Source: Ptychomitrium polyphyllum | Lineage: Eukaryota | DNA length: 64,000 nucleotides | Direction of reading: 5' to 3' | Assembly: GCA_973851085.1 (NCBI GenBank) | Contig: OZ316775.1 | Coordinates: forward strand, 19,034,001 to 19,098,000 | In this document: piece after piece, positions 62,535-64,000 of the stretch | Layout: every line of letters starts with the position of its first letter | Position numbering within the stretch: position 1 is the first letter of the stretch | Position numbers and translations under genes: made by a program | Notes under the pieces: generated by a model | Told to the model about the DNA's origin: nothing | The model's database searches: none | The model's input: the letters and a program-made list of their open reading frames with translations, nothing else

Positions 62535-64000
62535 ATTTGTAGTTTATATGGGACTGGAGATGGAGCCGGAAGACCCAATTAGAGGCAATTTCTCTCGGTA
62601 ATAATATTGACGCCTAAACCTCCATTGATGAGAACATCAATGACCATTTGTTTGCCCACTCTGAGTGATATGACTAGCATGTGGCGGTCTATTGCTGTAA
62701 TTGCAACTATTGGTATAAAAAGAGAGGGTTTAGGTAGGGTTATTGGTTATAGATAATGCCGTAGATGGGCAGTTAACCTTAGAGATAAGTGAATAAGCTC
62801 TTGTAATAAAATGGAAATGGCGTACGTTTGGAGTTGTGTATATTCTCGCTGTGCAGCGGAGAGGGCTAGGCTTGTATGTTGTGGAGGTTCGATGGTCGGT
62901 TCATGATGACTTTGAAGCTCTTGAATAGTGCAGATTATATGATTGCAGATTTCCTCCGTAATCTATTGGTCGAAATTTGTTGGTAGTCTTGGTGGTGGAA
63001 TATCGGTAGCGATTGCATGACTTCAAGTTATTGGACTAACATGACAAAATCCAATTGTTTTGACATCCAAAGGTGAGTGGATTTTGGCTATTTCTTGTTC
63101 TTTTTGTATATGAAGAGTTTGACTTCATCATCTTGGTAGAGAAGGCATTAATGGCAAGGGTGATCCATGGATCCGCACATATGATATAGAAAGCGGTAGG
63201 TCGGGCGCAACAGTCAACGAATATCGGTAGTGGCATGACTTGGAAGCGACTCGATATAATGAACTCAGGGAACTTGTTGACGATGTTTTGTACAAGTACT
63301 TTTGAAATTCTTGTAACAAAAATTCCAAGTGTGATTTAAGCGATTCCAACCAATACAGGGTTGAGGAAGAAGGTATGATCAATTGGAAGGGCCAGGGAGC
63401 TAAAGAAAAGGTTTTGGAAGTCCTTCTTTGACAAGGTAAATAGATCAAACGATTTTGGTAAAGGTGTTCCTCGAAAGGCTGACCATGGCTACTTGAATGT
63501 ATTATCAAAGTTCCGCTCGGAAGGTGCTTAGCATGATCCTGTTATCAAATGGATTGGTTAGATTTTTGGCCAATTCTAATAACCGTTCAACAAAGTCTTT
63601 TATCAATTTGGAGGATTTTAGCACATAGTGTGGAAGTGAGTATAGGTTTGATCATCAGTTTTGATTAACCAATATCATTTTTAAATGCAAAGAGGAAGTC
63701 ATCTAAAGTCTCTTGAGGAAATTGGATGCGATGGAAAGTGAACCAAGTAGATTCTTTGTCAGTAAGGATACTACCAAATAGTTTAAGCTGAACATGAATA
63801 CTAGTTTTACTATTTAAAATAAGTGCCAATAAAACTTTTGACAATGATGTTTAGGACATTTTCTTGTTTGATAGTTGAAATAGGAAAGGGCTCTTCTAAT
63901 AGGAGGGTGGACAAGAGATAGTATTGTAGATGAAGATAGAACTAGTAAAGAAATTATTGGATGGTGACTTAATCTAGTGGCATCAGGTGGAAAAGGGAGG

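Noticed and set aside
62540..64000. Possible retroelement-derived coding relic on the - strand (ORFs 63036-63508)
   Set aside because: No diagnostic RT, endonuclease or transposase motif recognised; left unassigned

Overview
Eukaryotic, intron-containing land-plant DNA. It is probably a moss or other bryophyte, inferred from a centrin-3-like gene, a TIR-NLR and a chromodomain Ty3/gypsy element. Genes supported by the sequence: a 6-exon centrin (+), an intronless TFIP11/NTR1-like G-patch protein (+), an LRR-receptor-kinase pseudogene (+), a 5-exon TM-PAN/apple-cyclophilin-like gene (-), a PORR-domain organellar RNA-binding protein with an apparent GC-AG intron (-), a 9-exon GAUT1-like GT8 galacturonosyltransferase (-), a 2-exon orphan gene (-) and a 4-exon TIR-NB-ARC-LRR gene with about 46 LRRs (+). 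The last ~10.5 kb is nested transposon debris: a fold-back element, solo LTRs and an internally deleted chromovirus facing an inverted copy of its own 5' end. The most unusual feature is at 1-2498, and the window begins inside it. It is a tandem array of at least 12 units of ~220 bp. The units share several short motifs in fixed order, several of which can fold into hairpins, and these flank unit-specific variable segments with no conserved reading frame. This suggests an undescribed structured non-coding RNA array. A miRNA-like hairpin lies at ~21724-21820. All calls are by eye, with no database searches.
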